This document shows positions 1-7,813 of a stretch of DNA of 49,391 nt, in pieces. The stretch's first letter is position 1. Every line of letters starts with the position of its first letter. A model generated the notes under the pieces. The model was not told the origin of the DNA. It made no database searches and was given only the letters and a program-made list of their open reading frames with translations. This stretch comes from Planctomycetota bacterium. Its GTDB lineage: Bacteria; Planctomycetota; Phycisphaerae; Sedimentisphaerales; UBA12454. A program made the translations under genes and the position numbers. Location of the stretch: positions 319 through 49,709 of the forward strand of contig JAKJEQ010000001.1 in NCBI GenBank assembly GCA_022705345.1. Reading direction: 5' to 3'.

Positions 1-1
1 A

Positions 2-265
2 AACGCCGGAATCGACGATGTCGAAAACGCACACAGGAGTCTTATGAAGGTTATGCAAGAGAATTTGACGCAGCGCGAACAGCATGTAATTCGTTATCAC
101 TTTGGGCTTTCCGGCACAATGGTCAAAAAGGAATTCAAGACGCTAAAGCAGATTGGTGAGGATTTGGGCCTGACCAAGGAACGTGTCCGCCAGATCGAAC
201 TCGAAGCCCTGAGTAAACTGCGTCAAACTCTAAGCCCTGAAGAATTCGAACTTCTGACAAGATAA
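2..265 (+). CDS. RNA polymerase sigma-70 family factor, C-terminal fragment (5' end outside window)
   Basis: The frame is open from the window edge. The translation ...LTQREQHVIRYHFGL...TLKQIGEDLGLTKERVRQIELEALSKLRQ is a region 4.2 HTH of RpoD-type sigma factors. Stop TAA at 263..265. Confidence 0.85.
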   Translation, partial: NAGIDDVENAHRSLMKVMQENLTQREQHVIRYHFGLSGTMVKKEFKTLKQIGEDLGLTKERVRQIELEALSKLRQTLSPEEFELLTR

Positions 266-317
266 AATCATCTTAAATCTTATGTTCCACAACTACTTAC
301 ACAAATTACATTAATTA

Positions 318-531
318 CTCAAATTGACCGATTCAGCGGTTAAGATTGCCACCCCTGCCTTCGCAGGGGTAAACTCCTGCGCCTCGCAATAACATCAAAC
401 GCCATTTTTGTCATTGCGTGGATTTCCGTTTCGGGACGACGAAGCAATCTCAAACCATAAATTATAAAGTGTGTTATCATTTATTAAATAATAAGTTATA
501 TAGATATCATTATCAAATCGGTCAGTTTGAG
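318..531. mobile_element. MITE-like non-autonomous element, copy 1
   Basis: The ends CTCAAATTGACCGAT (318..332) and ATCGGTCAGTTTGAG (517..531) are inverted repeats. An exact TTAATTA flanks both sides (311..317, 532..538). The interior is built from GTCATTGCG...CAATCTC hairpin modules. It is the reverse complement of 46224..46426, roughly 90% identical by eye over alignable parts. Track ORF 418..621 lies inside it and is an artefact. Confidence 0.7.
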
Positions 532-623
532 TTAATTATTTATTCAAATATGTTTCTTTTCAAAATTAAAAATACCGTTAGAATTACAGATATGAATTTT
601 CTTTATGGCAAGGGAGTTTAAAA

Positions 624-1430
624 ATGTCGAAGATAGGTTTTATCGGGGCGGGGAATATGGCGGAAGCGATAATCAAGGGCGTTATCGATGCGCATATTTA
701 TCACGCGGAAGATATTATCATTTCCGATGTACGCAAAGACAGGCTCAATGAACTTGCCGACAAGTACGGCATTTCGTTTATGAGTAATATGCAACTCGCT
801 GAAGCGGTCGATATTCTTGTATTGAGCGTTAAGCCGCAGAATATGACGTCGGTTCTGAATGAAATAAAAAACTCACTCTGCGAAACATTGATGGTTTCCA
901 TTGCCGCCGGCATTACTACCGGTTCGATATGCAATACGCTGGGATATTCATCTGTGATTCGGGTTATGCCGAATACGCCTGCGCTGATCGGTCAGGGCAC
1001 GGCTGTATTGTATGCAACGAAAGAAGCCAGAGAAAGACTTAGCGAAGTTGAGCGGATTTTTTCGGCGGTCGGACTTGTAGCGGCGGTTGAAGATGAAAAA
1101 CTGCTTGACGCTGTTACGGCGGTGAGCGGGTCGGGGCCGGCGTATTTTTTTCTGCTGATGGAAGAGATGATAAAGACGGCAGAGAAAATGGGACTTGGCA
1201 AAGAGCTGGCGGAAAAGATAGTTCTGCAAACCGCGAAAGGTGCTGCGATGCTGGCAATCGAACGCGCTAAGACAGGAGAAAAACCAGAAGTTCTCCGGCA
1301 AAAAGTTACATCGCCAAACGGAACAACTGAAGCGGCATTGAAAGTTTTCGCGAAAAATGATTTTTCAAAAATAGTCAGTGAAGCACTTGCGGCGGCGGAG
1401 AAACGCAGCAAGGAATTATCAGGGAATTAG
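624..1430 (+). CDS. proC: pyrroline-5-carboxylate reductase
   Basis: 268 aa. N-terminal Rossmann motif IGFIGAGNMAEAI and C-terminal VTSPNGTTEAAL, typical of ProC. AGGGAG RBS just upstream. Confidence 0.93.
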   Translation: MSKIGFIGAGNMAEAIIKGVIDAHIYHAEDIIISDVRKDRLNELADKYGISFMSNMQLAEAVDILVLSVKPQNMTSVLNEIKNSLCETLMVSIAAGITTGSICNTLGYSSVIRVMPNTPALIGQGTAVLYATKEARERLSEVERIFSAVGLVAAVEDEKLLDAVTAVSGSGPAYFFLLMEEMIKTAEKMGLGKELAEKIVLQTAKGAAMLAIERAKTGEKPEVLRQKVTSPNGTTEAALKVFAKNDFSKIVSEALAAAEKRSKELSGN

Positions 1431-1481
1431 ACACCGATTAACGCTGCTTCTTTAGACACAGATTAACGCGGATTTACACTG
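1431..1481. repeat. REP-like repeat family A (GATTAACGCGGATTTACACTG type)
   Basis: ACACCGATTAACGCTG...ACACAGATTAACGCGGATTTACACTG. The same family occurs at 6938..6960, 7375..7400, 26418..26473 and 27587..27640. Confidence 0.6.
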
Positions 1482-1489
1482 TAAATATT

Positions 1490-2290
1490 CTATTTCTTGA
1501 TTGCTATTGCTTTGAAGAAGGTGTAGCAGAAGACGCCATCGGATTCGGTTGTTCGATATAATGCTTTGACGCCGGAGTCGAAAGTTTTTTCGTCAATCAG
1601 GTTGGCGGAGATTACAGATTCGCGGACGCCTTCGATCATCGCTGTGAAAGTATTTTTCGTGAAGCCTTCGACAAGATGGGGCTTGCTCGAATCAACGTAA
1701 ACCAGCCGAGGAGAAACGCAAACTGAATCGAAACCGGCGGAAGTCAAAAGAGGATAAAGCTGTCTGCCGATGTTGGCGTTGCCGCCGGAACGGGCCTGCA
1801 TTGTACTAAGAGATTTTATTGCTTTATGCGCAGAGTCGCTGTCGGGATGGAAGAAGGTCGAGCCGTGGTCGCCTTCGATGACGGTTATAGTACCATTTGG
1901 TTTCAGAAGTTTGTTTAAAGAAGTCAAAGCATCGATGGGGCGCGGGAGATGTTCGAGAACGAAGCATACGAAAATATGGTCGAATGATTGAGGCTGGAAA
2001 TCCAAATTGAAAATATCGGCCTGGCGGAAAGTTACATTTCTATAACCTGCGTCAGCGATCTTTTGCTTTGCCTGTGCGATCGAACTTTCGGAAATATCAA
2101 TCGATGTAAAAAGAGCATCGGGGCTGTTTGCGGCAAGAGTAACGGTTTGAGCGCCTACGCCGCAGCCTGCTTCGAGGACTCGGCTGCCAACTGGGTAGTG
2201 AGTATCATGGTGGAGCAGCTCGGCCAATGTGGAGGCCTGATCCTGCAAACGGATATTCTCTTTTGGGTTATAGCCGTGTACGTAGTCCAT
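1490..2290 (-). CDS. class I SAM-dependent methyltransferase
   Basis: 266 aa. Motif I VLEAGCGVGAQT and an acidic post-I loop SIDIS. Methyltransf_11/25-like layout. Confidence 0.85.
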   Translation of the reverse strand: MDYVHGYNPKENIRLQDQASTLAELLHHDTHYPVGSRVLEAGCGVGAQTVTLAANSPDALFTSIDISESSIAQAKQKIADAGYRNVTFRQADIFNLDFQPQSFDHIFVCFVLEHLPRPIDALTSLNKLLKPNGTITVIEGDHGSTFFHPDSDSAHKAIKSLSTMQARSGGNANIGRQLYPLLTSAGFDSVCVSPRLVYVDSSKPHLVEGFTKNTFTAMIEGVRESVISANLIDEKTFDSGVKALYRTTESDGVFCYTFFKAIAIKK

Positions 2291-2326
2291 TTGAGAATGT
2301 CTGCCGGGCTGAGCCGGCGAAAACAG

Positions 2327-2509
2327 CTACTCAATGATGATAGCTTCTACGGGACATTCGTCTGCGGCCTGCTGAGCGGCGTCTTCGAACTGTGGCGGAA
2401 TTTCCTCGACGACAACTTCGGCCATATCGTCGCCCATCTGGAAAACTTCTGGACATGTTTCTACGCACAACCCGCATGCTGTGCAGCTTTCGTCAATTCT
2501 TGCTTTCAT
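2327..2509 (-). CDS. small single-cluster [4Fe-4S]/[3Fe-4S] ferredoxin
   Basis: 60 aa. CTACGLCVETCP ... ECPVEAI cysteine pattern, as in Desulfovibrio/Thermotoga-type monocluster ferredoxins. Confidence 0.85.
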   Translation of the reverse strand: MKARIDESCTACGLCVETCPEVFQMGDDMAEVVVEEIPPQFEDAAQQAADECPVEAIIIE

Positions 2510-2580
2510 AATTTCCTCTACAACTAAACCTGAATTATGTTTTTAAACCCTTCCATTAATTGAGGGCTTAATATTTATAA

Positions 2581-2677
2581 AAGCCGGGATTGCCAGACAC
2601 AACCAGGTGATCGCTTATGGCTGCTCGGTTCCCCGCCTGACCAGGTTCGCGGACCCGGATAGCCTGAGTCCCGGCCG
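2581..2677 (-). ncRNA. ffs: signal recognition particle RNA (small 4.5S type)
   Basis: The minus strand reads GCCGGGA...CCUGGUCAGGCGGGGAACCGAGCAGCCAUAAG...UCCCGGC. The helix-8 motif GGUCAGG-stem-GGAA tetraloop-AGCAGCC matches the E. coli 4.5S core (ACCAGGUCAGGUCCGGAAGGAAGCAGCC). The 5' and 3' ends pair (GCCGGGA/UCCCGGC) and are followed by UUUU. Confidence 0.8.
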
Positions 2678-2792
2678 ATTAATTTTATCGAATTTTAGAA
2701 AAATAACAACACAAAAGATGAACTTTACATTTCAATTTGACTAAATTGCCATTTAGATTTATGATGAAATAACAATTTTGTTCGGAGAAATA

Positions 2793-4436
2793 ATGGCTTA
2801 TACAGTACTTGCAAGAAGGTATCGTTCGCAAACGTTCGGAGATGTTGTCGGACAGGTTGCGATATCGCAGACGCTGCAAAACGCCATTAAAACGGACAAA
2901 GTAGCGCACGCATATCTTTTTACAGGGACTCGCGGAGTAGGGAAAACAACTACCGCGCGAATCCTGGCCAAATCTTTGAATTGCCTGAATTCGGAAAAGC
3001 CGACGGTTGAGCCTTGTTTGAAATGCGACAGTTGCCTCGCGGTAAACAGCGGCGAGGACATCGATGTTATTGAAATCGACGGCGCATCTAATCGCGGGAT
3101 TGAAAATATTCGCGAACTTCGGAACAACGCGATATACCGGCCTGCCAGGGCGAGATTCAAAATCTATATCATCGACGAAGTTCATATGCTCACGACTGAG
3201 GCGTTCAATGCTCTTTTGAAAATACTCGAAGAGCCGCCTGCTCACATAAAATTTATTTTCGCGACAACCGAGCCGAACAAAGTTCCGGCTACGATTCAAT
3301 CGCGATGTCAGAGATTCGATTTTACGAATATCAGCGCTGCCGATATCATCACACAGTTAAAAAGGGTTCTCAATGAAGAGAAAATAAAATTCGAGGACGA
3401 CTGCATAATTGCGCTGGCTAGACTTGCGAACGGGTCGATGCGCGACGGGCTGAGTTTGCTTGATCAGCTTATCAGCGGAGCCGGCGAACCGTTGACCGTC
3501 AAAAAACTCGAAGAGCAGCTTGGACTGCCGAGCAATGAAAAGACATATCTGCTGCTCGAGAAAATCGGGCAATCGGACGCGGGCGGGACTTTGCAGGCGG
3601 TCGATGATTTGATTGTCGGGGGGCTTAGCTGCGTCGGGCTGCTTGACGCTCTGGTACAGAGTTTTCGCGATATGATGGTTTTAAAGGCGGCCAAGGATTC
3701 ATCTTCGCTTGTGATTTTGACCGATGCGGAGAAAAAGGGGCTTTCGAAAGTCGCTGAATTTTTTGATATACCGGCAATTGTCTATAATATTTCGCTTTTT
3801 GAAAAGCTTCGCTGGCCTGTGAAGAACAGCGATAATCCGCGAGCTCTGCTCGAGGCGTCGCTGATGCGGGTCGCTCTGGCAGAACATTTTATGAGCATAC
3901 CGGAATTACTTAGAGGACAAAAACCGAACGCCGATTCGGCCGGCGGGTTAAAAAAAAACTTTAATGTAAGCTCAAGACCTGCGTTTAATCAGCCTGCGCA
4001 AACAGAAATACCGCAACAAAGACAGGTGATTGATGGAACATGCGATTACGAAAAGATAAAACAAAACTGGAGTTCGATAGTCGAATCAATTGCCAATGCG
4101 AGGATTGCGGATTTTCTTAAAAAGTCATCGCCTTTGAGACTTAGCGGCGGAACGCTTGCACTTGGATTTAACTCAAGTGATGGATTTACGATGAAACTTT
4201 GTCAAAGCAATGGCAGAGCGGACGCGATTGCACAGGCATTATCGGCGGCGACCGGAACAGAATTGAAAGTTAGTTTCGAATTGTTAAATCTGCCTTCGCA
4301 GAATACAGCAAAGCCGAAACCAAAAGGGGCTAAGGCGAGCAAAAAAGTGATCGATGACGCTGCAAACAGTCCGTTCATCAAATCTGTATTGACCGAACTT
4401 GAGGCGAATATAATTGATGTCGAGGAACTGCAATGA
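2793..4436 (+). CDS. dnaX: DNA polymerase III subunit gamma/tau
   Basis: Walker A GTRGVGKTT, zinc module CLKCDSC, DEVHML, sensor SRCQRF. The ATG at 2793 (MAYTVLARRYR...) has GGAG 8 nt upstream and is preferred over the track start at 2778. Confidence 0.93.
   Translation: MAYTVLARRYRSQTFGDVVGQVAISQTLQNAIKTDKVAHAYLFTGTRGVGKTTTARILAKSLNCLNSEKPTVEPCLKCDSCLAVNSGEDIDVIEIDGASNRGIENIRELRNNAIYRPARARFKIYIIDEVHMLTTEAFNALLKILEEPPAHIKFIFATTEPNKVPATIQSRCQRFDFTNISAADIITQLKRVLNEEKIKFEDDCIIALARLANGSMRDGLSLLDQLISGAGEPLTVKKLEEQLGLPSNEKTYLLLEKIGQSDAGGTLQAVDDLIVGGLSCVGLLDALVQSFRDMMVLKAAKDSSSLVILTDAEKKGLSKVAEFFDIPAIVYNISLFEKLRWPVKNSDNPRALLEASLMRVALAEHFMSIPELLRGQKPNADSAGGLKKNFNVSSRPAFNQPAQTEIPQQRQVIDGTCDYEKIKQNWSSIVESIANARIADFLKKSSPLRLSGGTLALGFNSSDGFTMKLCQSNGRADAIAQALSAATGTELKVSFELLNLPSQNTAKPKPKGAKASKKVIDDAANSPFIKSVLTELEANIIDVEELQ
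3950..3958 (+). other. A9 homopolymer slippery tract inside dnaX (candidate gamma-subunit recoding site)
   Basis: Frame 0 reads TTA AAA AAA AAC. The -1 frame reaches TAA at 3962..3964 and the +1 frame reaches TAA at 3967..3969. Confidence 0.5.
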
Positions 4437-5041
4437 CAAATCCCGCTTATACTCAAAGTTTGAATAGATTAATAGATGAGCTGGGAAGACTGCCGGGGAT
4501 TGGACCCAAAACGGCGGAACGGCTGGCGTTTCATATTTTAAAAGCTGAAAAAAATGAAGCGATGCAGTTGGCCGATGCAATAACGAAACTAAAGAGCAGC
4601 GTTCGTCAATGCAAATTATGTCACAATCTTTCGGAGACGGAACTTTGTTCGATTTGTACGGACACCAGACGCGATAAAAGTATCATCTGCGTTGTTGAGC
4701 AGTTCAAGGACCTTATCGCGCTGGAGAAAACGGGTCTTTGCAAGTGGGTTTATCATGTTCTCGGCGGACACATCGCGCCGCTGGAAGGAATCGAGCCGAG
4801 CGATTTGACTATAGATCATCTGGTCAGCAGGATTCGAAGCGAAAAAATCAGCGAAGTCGTTATGGCGACAAATCCGACTGTCGAAGGAGACGGAACTGCG
4901 CTTTACATCAGCTCATTAATCAAGCCAATTGGGGTGAAAGTAACAAGACTTGCGCGGGGGTTGCCGGGCGGAAGCCAGATAGAATTTGCCAGCGGAGCTA
5001 TACTTACCGATGCGATTCTCGGCAGAAACCCTCTGGAATAA
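4433..5041 (+). CDS. recR: recombination protein RecR
   Basis: 202 aa. N-terminal HhH LPGIGPKTAERLAF, a C4 zinc finger CKLCHNLSETELCSIC and a Toprim region. ATGA overlap with the dnaX stop. Confidence 0.93.
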   Translation: MTNPAYTQSLNRLIDELGRLPGIGPKTAERLAFHILKAEKNEAMQLADAITKLKSSVRQCKLCHNLSETELCSICTDTRRDKSIICVVEQFKDLIALEKTGLCKWVYHVLGGHIAPLEGIEPSDLTIDHLVSRIRSEKISEVVMATNPTVEGDGTALYISSLIKPIGVKVTRLARGLPGGSQIEFASGAILTDAILGRNPLE

Positions 5042-5120
5042 AACAAAAAACGAAAAAAAACGGTGCCAGGAGTCGTTTCTATTAAAATTTAAATTTTTTT
5101 ACGTGTTTTCCTGCAAAAAA

Positions 5121-5149
5121 TTGCATTCAACTTACAAATTTGTTATATT
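5121..5149 (+). promoter_or_regulatory. sigma-70-like promoter upstream of rpoN
   Basis: TTGCAT (5121..5126), 17-nt spacer, TATATT (5144..5149), about 55 nt before the rpoN start. Confidence 0.4.
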
Positions 5150-5202
5150 CATAAAACTGGAACAGAATTTGCTATAAGGCGTAGATTTTAGTTAGGACAA
5201 CT

Positions 5203-6654
5203 ATGAAACTGGATATGACAAATCAAATGCGATTAGAGCAGCGGATGAAGCTTGCGCCGCGGATGATTCAGTCTATGGAAATATTGCAGCTTTCTACGCT
5301 GGCACTTCTGGAAAAAATCGAGACCGAACTAAACAGCAATCCTGTACTCGAAATGGACGAGCCGGACGAAACGGGCGGGATGCCGCCGGAGGGACCTCCG
5401 CAAATTCAGGAACCGATTCCGAGCGAGACTGTCAGCAAACGCGATGATTTCAGTAAAGTTGAGGATTTCGCCGACGATACGGACGGTTATTTTTACAGAA
5501 CAGAAATTTCGCGGCCCGGCGATTACGATGATGTCGATAAGAAACTCGAAGCGATGAACAACACGCCTGATACGGGACTATCGCTTAACGATTTTCTCAA
5601 CGAGCAGTGGCGGCTGGTTGACGCGGACGAAAAAGTCAAAAAGGCCGGCGAGCAGATAATCGATTATATCGACGAAAAGGGATATCTGAAAGTCCGGCTT
5701 GAACAGCTTTATAATAAGGACAAAAACGATTTTACTTACGAGGACCTTGAACAGGCTTTGAAGCTGATACAGCAGCTTGAGCCGGCGGGCATTGGGGCAC
5801 GCGATGTGCGAGAGTGCCTGCTTATCCAGATGGAACAATCCGGCGATAACTGTCGGTTCGAGAAGGAGCTTGTATCTAAACATCTTGATAAGCTGCTTGA
5901 AAATAAACTGCCTGATATAGCCAAGAAGATGAACTGTACCGTCGAGAGAATCAATGAGGCGATTTCGCGCCTGCGTAAATTCGATACGTCGCCCGGGCTG
6001 CAAATCAGCAAGACAAAAAATCCGCCGATAAAGGCTGACGTGATTGTCGAGTCGGATTCCGACGGCGGATTCAAAGTTTCGCTCGCCGACAGGAGCATAC
6101 CTTCGCTTCGAATCAACGATTATTATTCGGGCATGGCAAAAGATAAAAAACTCGATTCGAAAACACGCCAGTTCTTAAACGATAATATCCGTTCGGCCAA
6201 ATGGCTGATGGACGCGATAACCCAAAGGAAACATACCCTGCTGAAAGTTGCAAGAACGGTTGTGGACAGTCAGGAGGAATTTTTTGAAAAAGGGAAAATG
6301 TATTTAAAGCCGCTGCCGATGTCGGAAGTGGCGGACAAAATCGGCGTTCACGTCGCGACGGTATCGCGAGCCGTAGCGGGCAAATATATTCAATCGCCGC
6401 AGGGATTGATGCCGCTTCGGGATTTGTTCGGCGGTGGAATGCAAAGCAGCGACGGAGGAAGCGAAAGCTTCGAGGCTATACGCGCTAAAATGCAGCAGAT
6501 TATCGATTCAGAAGATAAATCAAAACCTTTGAGCGATGACGCTATAAAGAGAAAACTTGAAGAGGCCGGAGTAAAAGATATCGCCAGAAGAACAGTGGCG
6601 AAATACCGCAAAATAATGAAAATACCGACGGCACGGTTCAGGAAAAAATTTTAA
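5203..6654 (+). CDS. rpoN: RNA polymerase sigma-54 factor
   Basis: 483 aa. N-terminal region I LEQRMKLAPRMIQSMEILQLSTLAL, an acidic region II and a C-terminal RpoN box ARRTVAKYRKIMKIP. The start could be M5 (5215). Confidence 0.93.
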   Translation: MKLDMTNQMRLEQRMKLAPRMIQSMEILQLSTLALLEKIETELNSNPVLEMDEPDETGGMPPEGPPQIQEPIPSETVSKRDDFSKVEDFADDTDGYFYRTEISRPGDYDDVDKKLEAMNNTPDTGLSLNDFLNEQWRLVDADEKVKKAGEQIIDYIDEKGYLKVRLEQLYNKDKNDFTYEDLEQALKLIQQLEPAGIGARDVRECLLIQMEQSGDNCRFEKELVSKHLDKLLENKLPDIAKKMNCTVERINEAISRLRKFDTSPGLQISKTKNPPIKADVIVESDSDGGFKVSLADRSIPSLRINDYYSGMAKDKKLDSKTRQFLNDNIRSAKWLMDAITQRKHTLLKVARTVVDSQEEFFEKGKMYLKPLPMSEVADKIGVHVATVSRAVAGKYIQSPQGLMPLRDLFGGGMQSSDGGSESFEAIRAKMQQIIDSEDKSKPLSDDAIKRKLEEAGVKDIARRTVAKYRKIMKIPTARFRKKF

Positions 6655-6655
6655 T

Positions 6656-6907
6656 CTACCCAACCGTAAGTTTCATAAAGACGAAGATGCCGACGGCCGC
6701 TAAAACCATAAATACAAGGATCGAGCCGAACAGCAAAAACGTCTCACGAACAAAAGACGCCAATTCGATCTTCTCCATCTTAGTCGCCTTGTAAACAATC
6801 GCGACAACTGCAATCAGAGGCAAAGCAAGCAAAAACGATTTCGGCGTAGTGCCGATATGAACAGGAGACATAAAACTTGCTAAAATACACATCATATTAT
6901 TCATCAT
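6656..6907 (-). CDS. small integral membrane protein (hypothetical)
   Basis: 83 aa with two or three hydrophobic helices. Convergent with rpoN. No recognisable family. Confidence 0.4.
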   Translation of the reverse strand: MMNNMMCILASFMSPVHIGTTPKSFLLALPLIAVVAIVYKATKMEKIELASFVRETFLLFGSILVFMVLAAVGIFVFMKLTVG

Positions 6908-6936
6908 ATATTAAATTTTATAATACTATTGTTTTA

Positions 6937-7359
6937 TCACTGATTACACGGATTACACTGGTTTTTAAAATCATTTGTATTGATAAGCCTTTTCCATTCC
7001 AAAGACTTTTGACCAAAATTAAACAAAAGACCAATTTCATAGCTACTTGCTTTAAGATAATTAATTACCTGAAGTTTTTCTATTTCGCCAATTTGCTTAA
7101 TAGCTTTTATTTCCACAATAATTCTATTATCTACAAGAAAATCACATATAAATTGCTTAATTTTTCTTTCCTTATAAAAAACCGGCAATTCATACTGACG
7201 TTTAAAACCAATTCCATTTATTTCAAATTCAACCGCAAGCGCTTCTTCATAAACACTCTCTAAAAATCCCGGGCCGAGCCGGCGATGTACTTCCATCGAA
7301 GCTCCAATAATGTCACCTGTTATACCGCTTGCTACGAAATTTTTCTCAATATACGCCAA
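6937..7359 (-). CDS. GxxExxY protein (PD-(D/E)XK nuclease-fold family)
   Basis: 140 aa. It has the diagnostic GPGFLESVYEEAL motif and the DFLVDNRIIVEIKA (D...E.K) core. The C-terminal tail NQCNPCNQ is encoded by a family A repeat. Confidence 0.85.
   Translation of the reverse strand: MAYIEKNFVASGITGDIIGASMEVHRRLGPGFLESVYEEALAVEFEINGIGFKRQYELPVFYKERKIKQFICDFLVDNRIIVEIKAIKQIGEIEKLQVINYLKASSYEIGLLFNFGQKSLEWKRLINTNDFKNQCNPCNQ
6938..6960. repeat. REP-like repeat family A (left arm flanking the GxxExxY gene)
   Basis: CACTGATTACACGGATTACACTG. It is an inverted partner of 7375..7400. Confidence 0.65.
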
Positions 7360-7374
7360 TTTTCCCTTTTATAA

Positions 7375-7400
7375 AATCCGTGTAATCAGCGTAATCAGTG
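7375..7400. repeat. REP-like repeat family A (right arm flanking the GxxExxY gene)
   Basis: AATCCGTGTAATCAGCGTAATCAGTG. The 18-mer TAATCAGCGTAATCAGTG recurs at 27623..27640. Confidence 0.65.
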
Positions 7401-7411
7401 CTAAAAAAAGA

Positions 7412-7813
7412 TTAAACAGATTTTCTTTTGCAATGGGCTAAATAAACAGCGTTGACGATGCAAAGGAGATTCATCATTCCGGCTATGCCGGTATAGATTT
7501 CGCCGATTTCGCGAGGCCTACCAAATGAATCAAGGTGATAAACCGCTCCGCTAAGGTGAGCCAGATACGCTACGGCAGGTGAGAAAAGGACCTGAGCATA
7601 AAACCACGGCGACTTCATTTCGATTGTCGCAATCGAGCCGATGTAAATGCCGACTGTAAACGCGAAAACGAGCGATATAAAAATTATCAAAGCGCGTTTC
7701 CGCTCGCCGATGAGCCAATGGCCTGCGCCGGGTATCCACCACGCGCAGATGCCCGTCAGGACGAGCATCGCCCCATGGGGCAATTTGGATTTACCGGCGG
7801 TAATGTCAGCCAC
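7412..7813 (-). CDS. integral membrane protein (hypothetical)
   Basis: 133 aa with about four TM helices. Its start overlaps the stop of the upstream PpiD-like gene by 1 nt, suggesting an operon. Confidence 0.55.
   Translation of the reverse strand: MADITAGKSKLPHGAMLVLTGICAWWIPGAGHWLIGERKRALIIFISLVFAFTVGIYIGSIATIEMKSPWFYAQVLFSPAVAYLAHLSGAVYHLDSFGRPREIGEIYTGIAGMMNLLCIVNAVYLAHCKRKSV

Noticed and set aside
418-621. 67-aa ORF in the track.
   Set aside because: It lies entirely within the MITE-like repeat and AT-rich spacer. It has no RBS and a low-complexity translation, and the second (inverted) copy of the element does not preserve the frame.
701-1411. Three antisense ORFs (701..934, 948..1301, 992..1411) inside proC. 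Similar shadow ORFs occur opposite dnaX, purL, the PpiD-like gene, pckG, pdxA and others.
   Set aside because: They are shadow ORFs opposite strongly supported genes. Their translations are Arg/Ser/Pro-rich or low complexity and match no family.
4433-4436. Absence of ybaB/ebfC between dnaX and recR.
   Set aside because: The direct ATGA overlap of dnaX and recR leaves no room for a gene. This is a gene-order variation rather than an anomaly, and ybaB may be elsewhere.
6877-7263. 128-aa plus-strand ORF.
   Set aside because: It is antisense to the well-supported GxxExxY gene and gives an extremely low-complexity Ile/Phe/Asn/Lys-rich translation.
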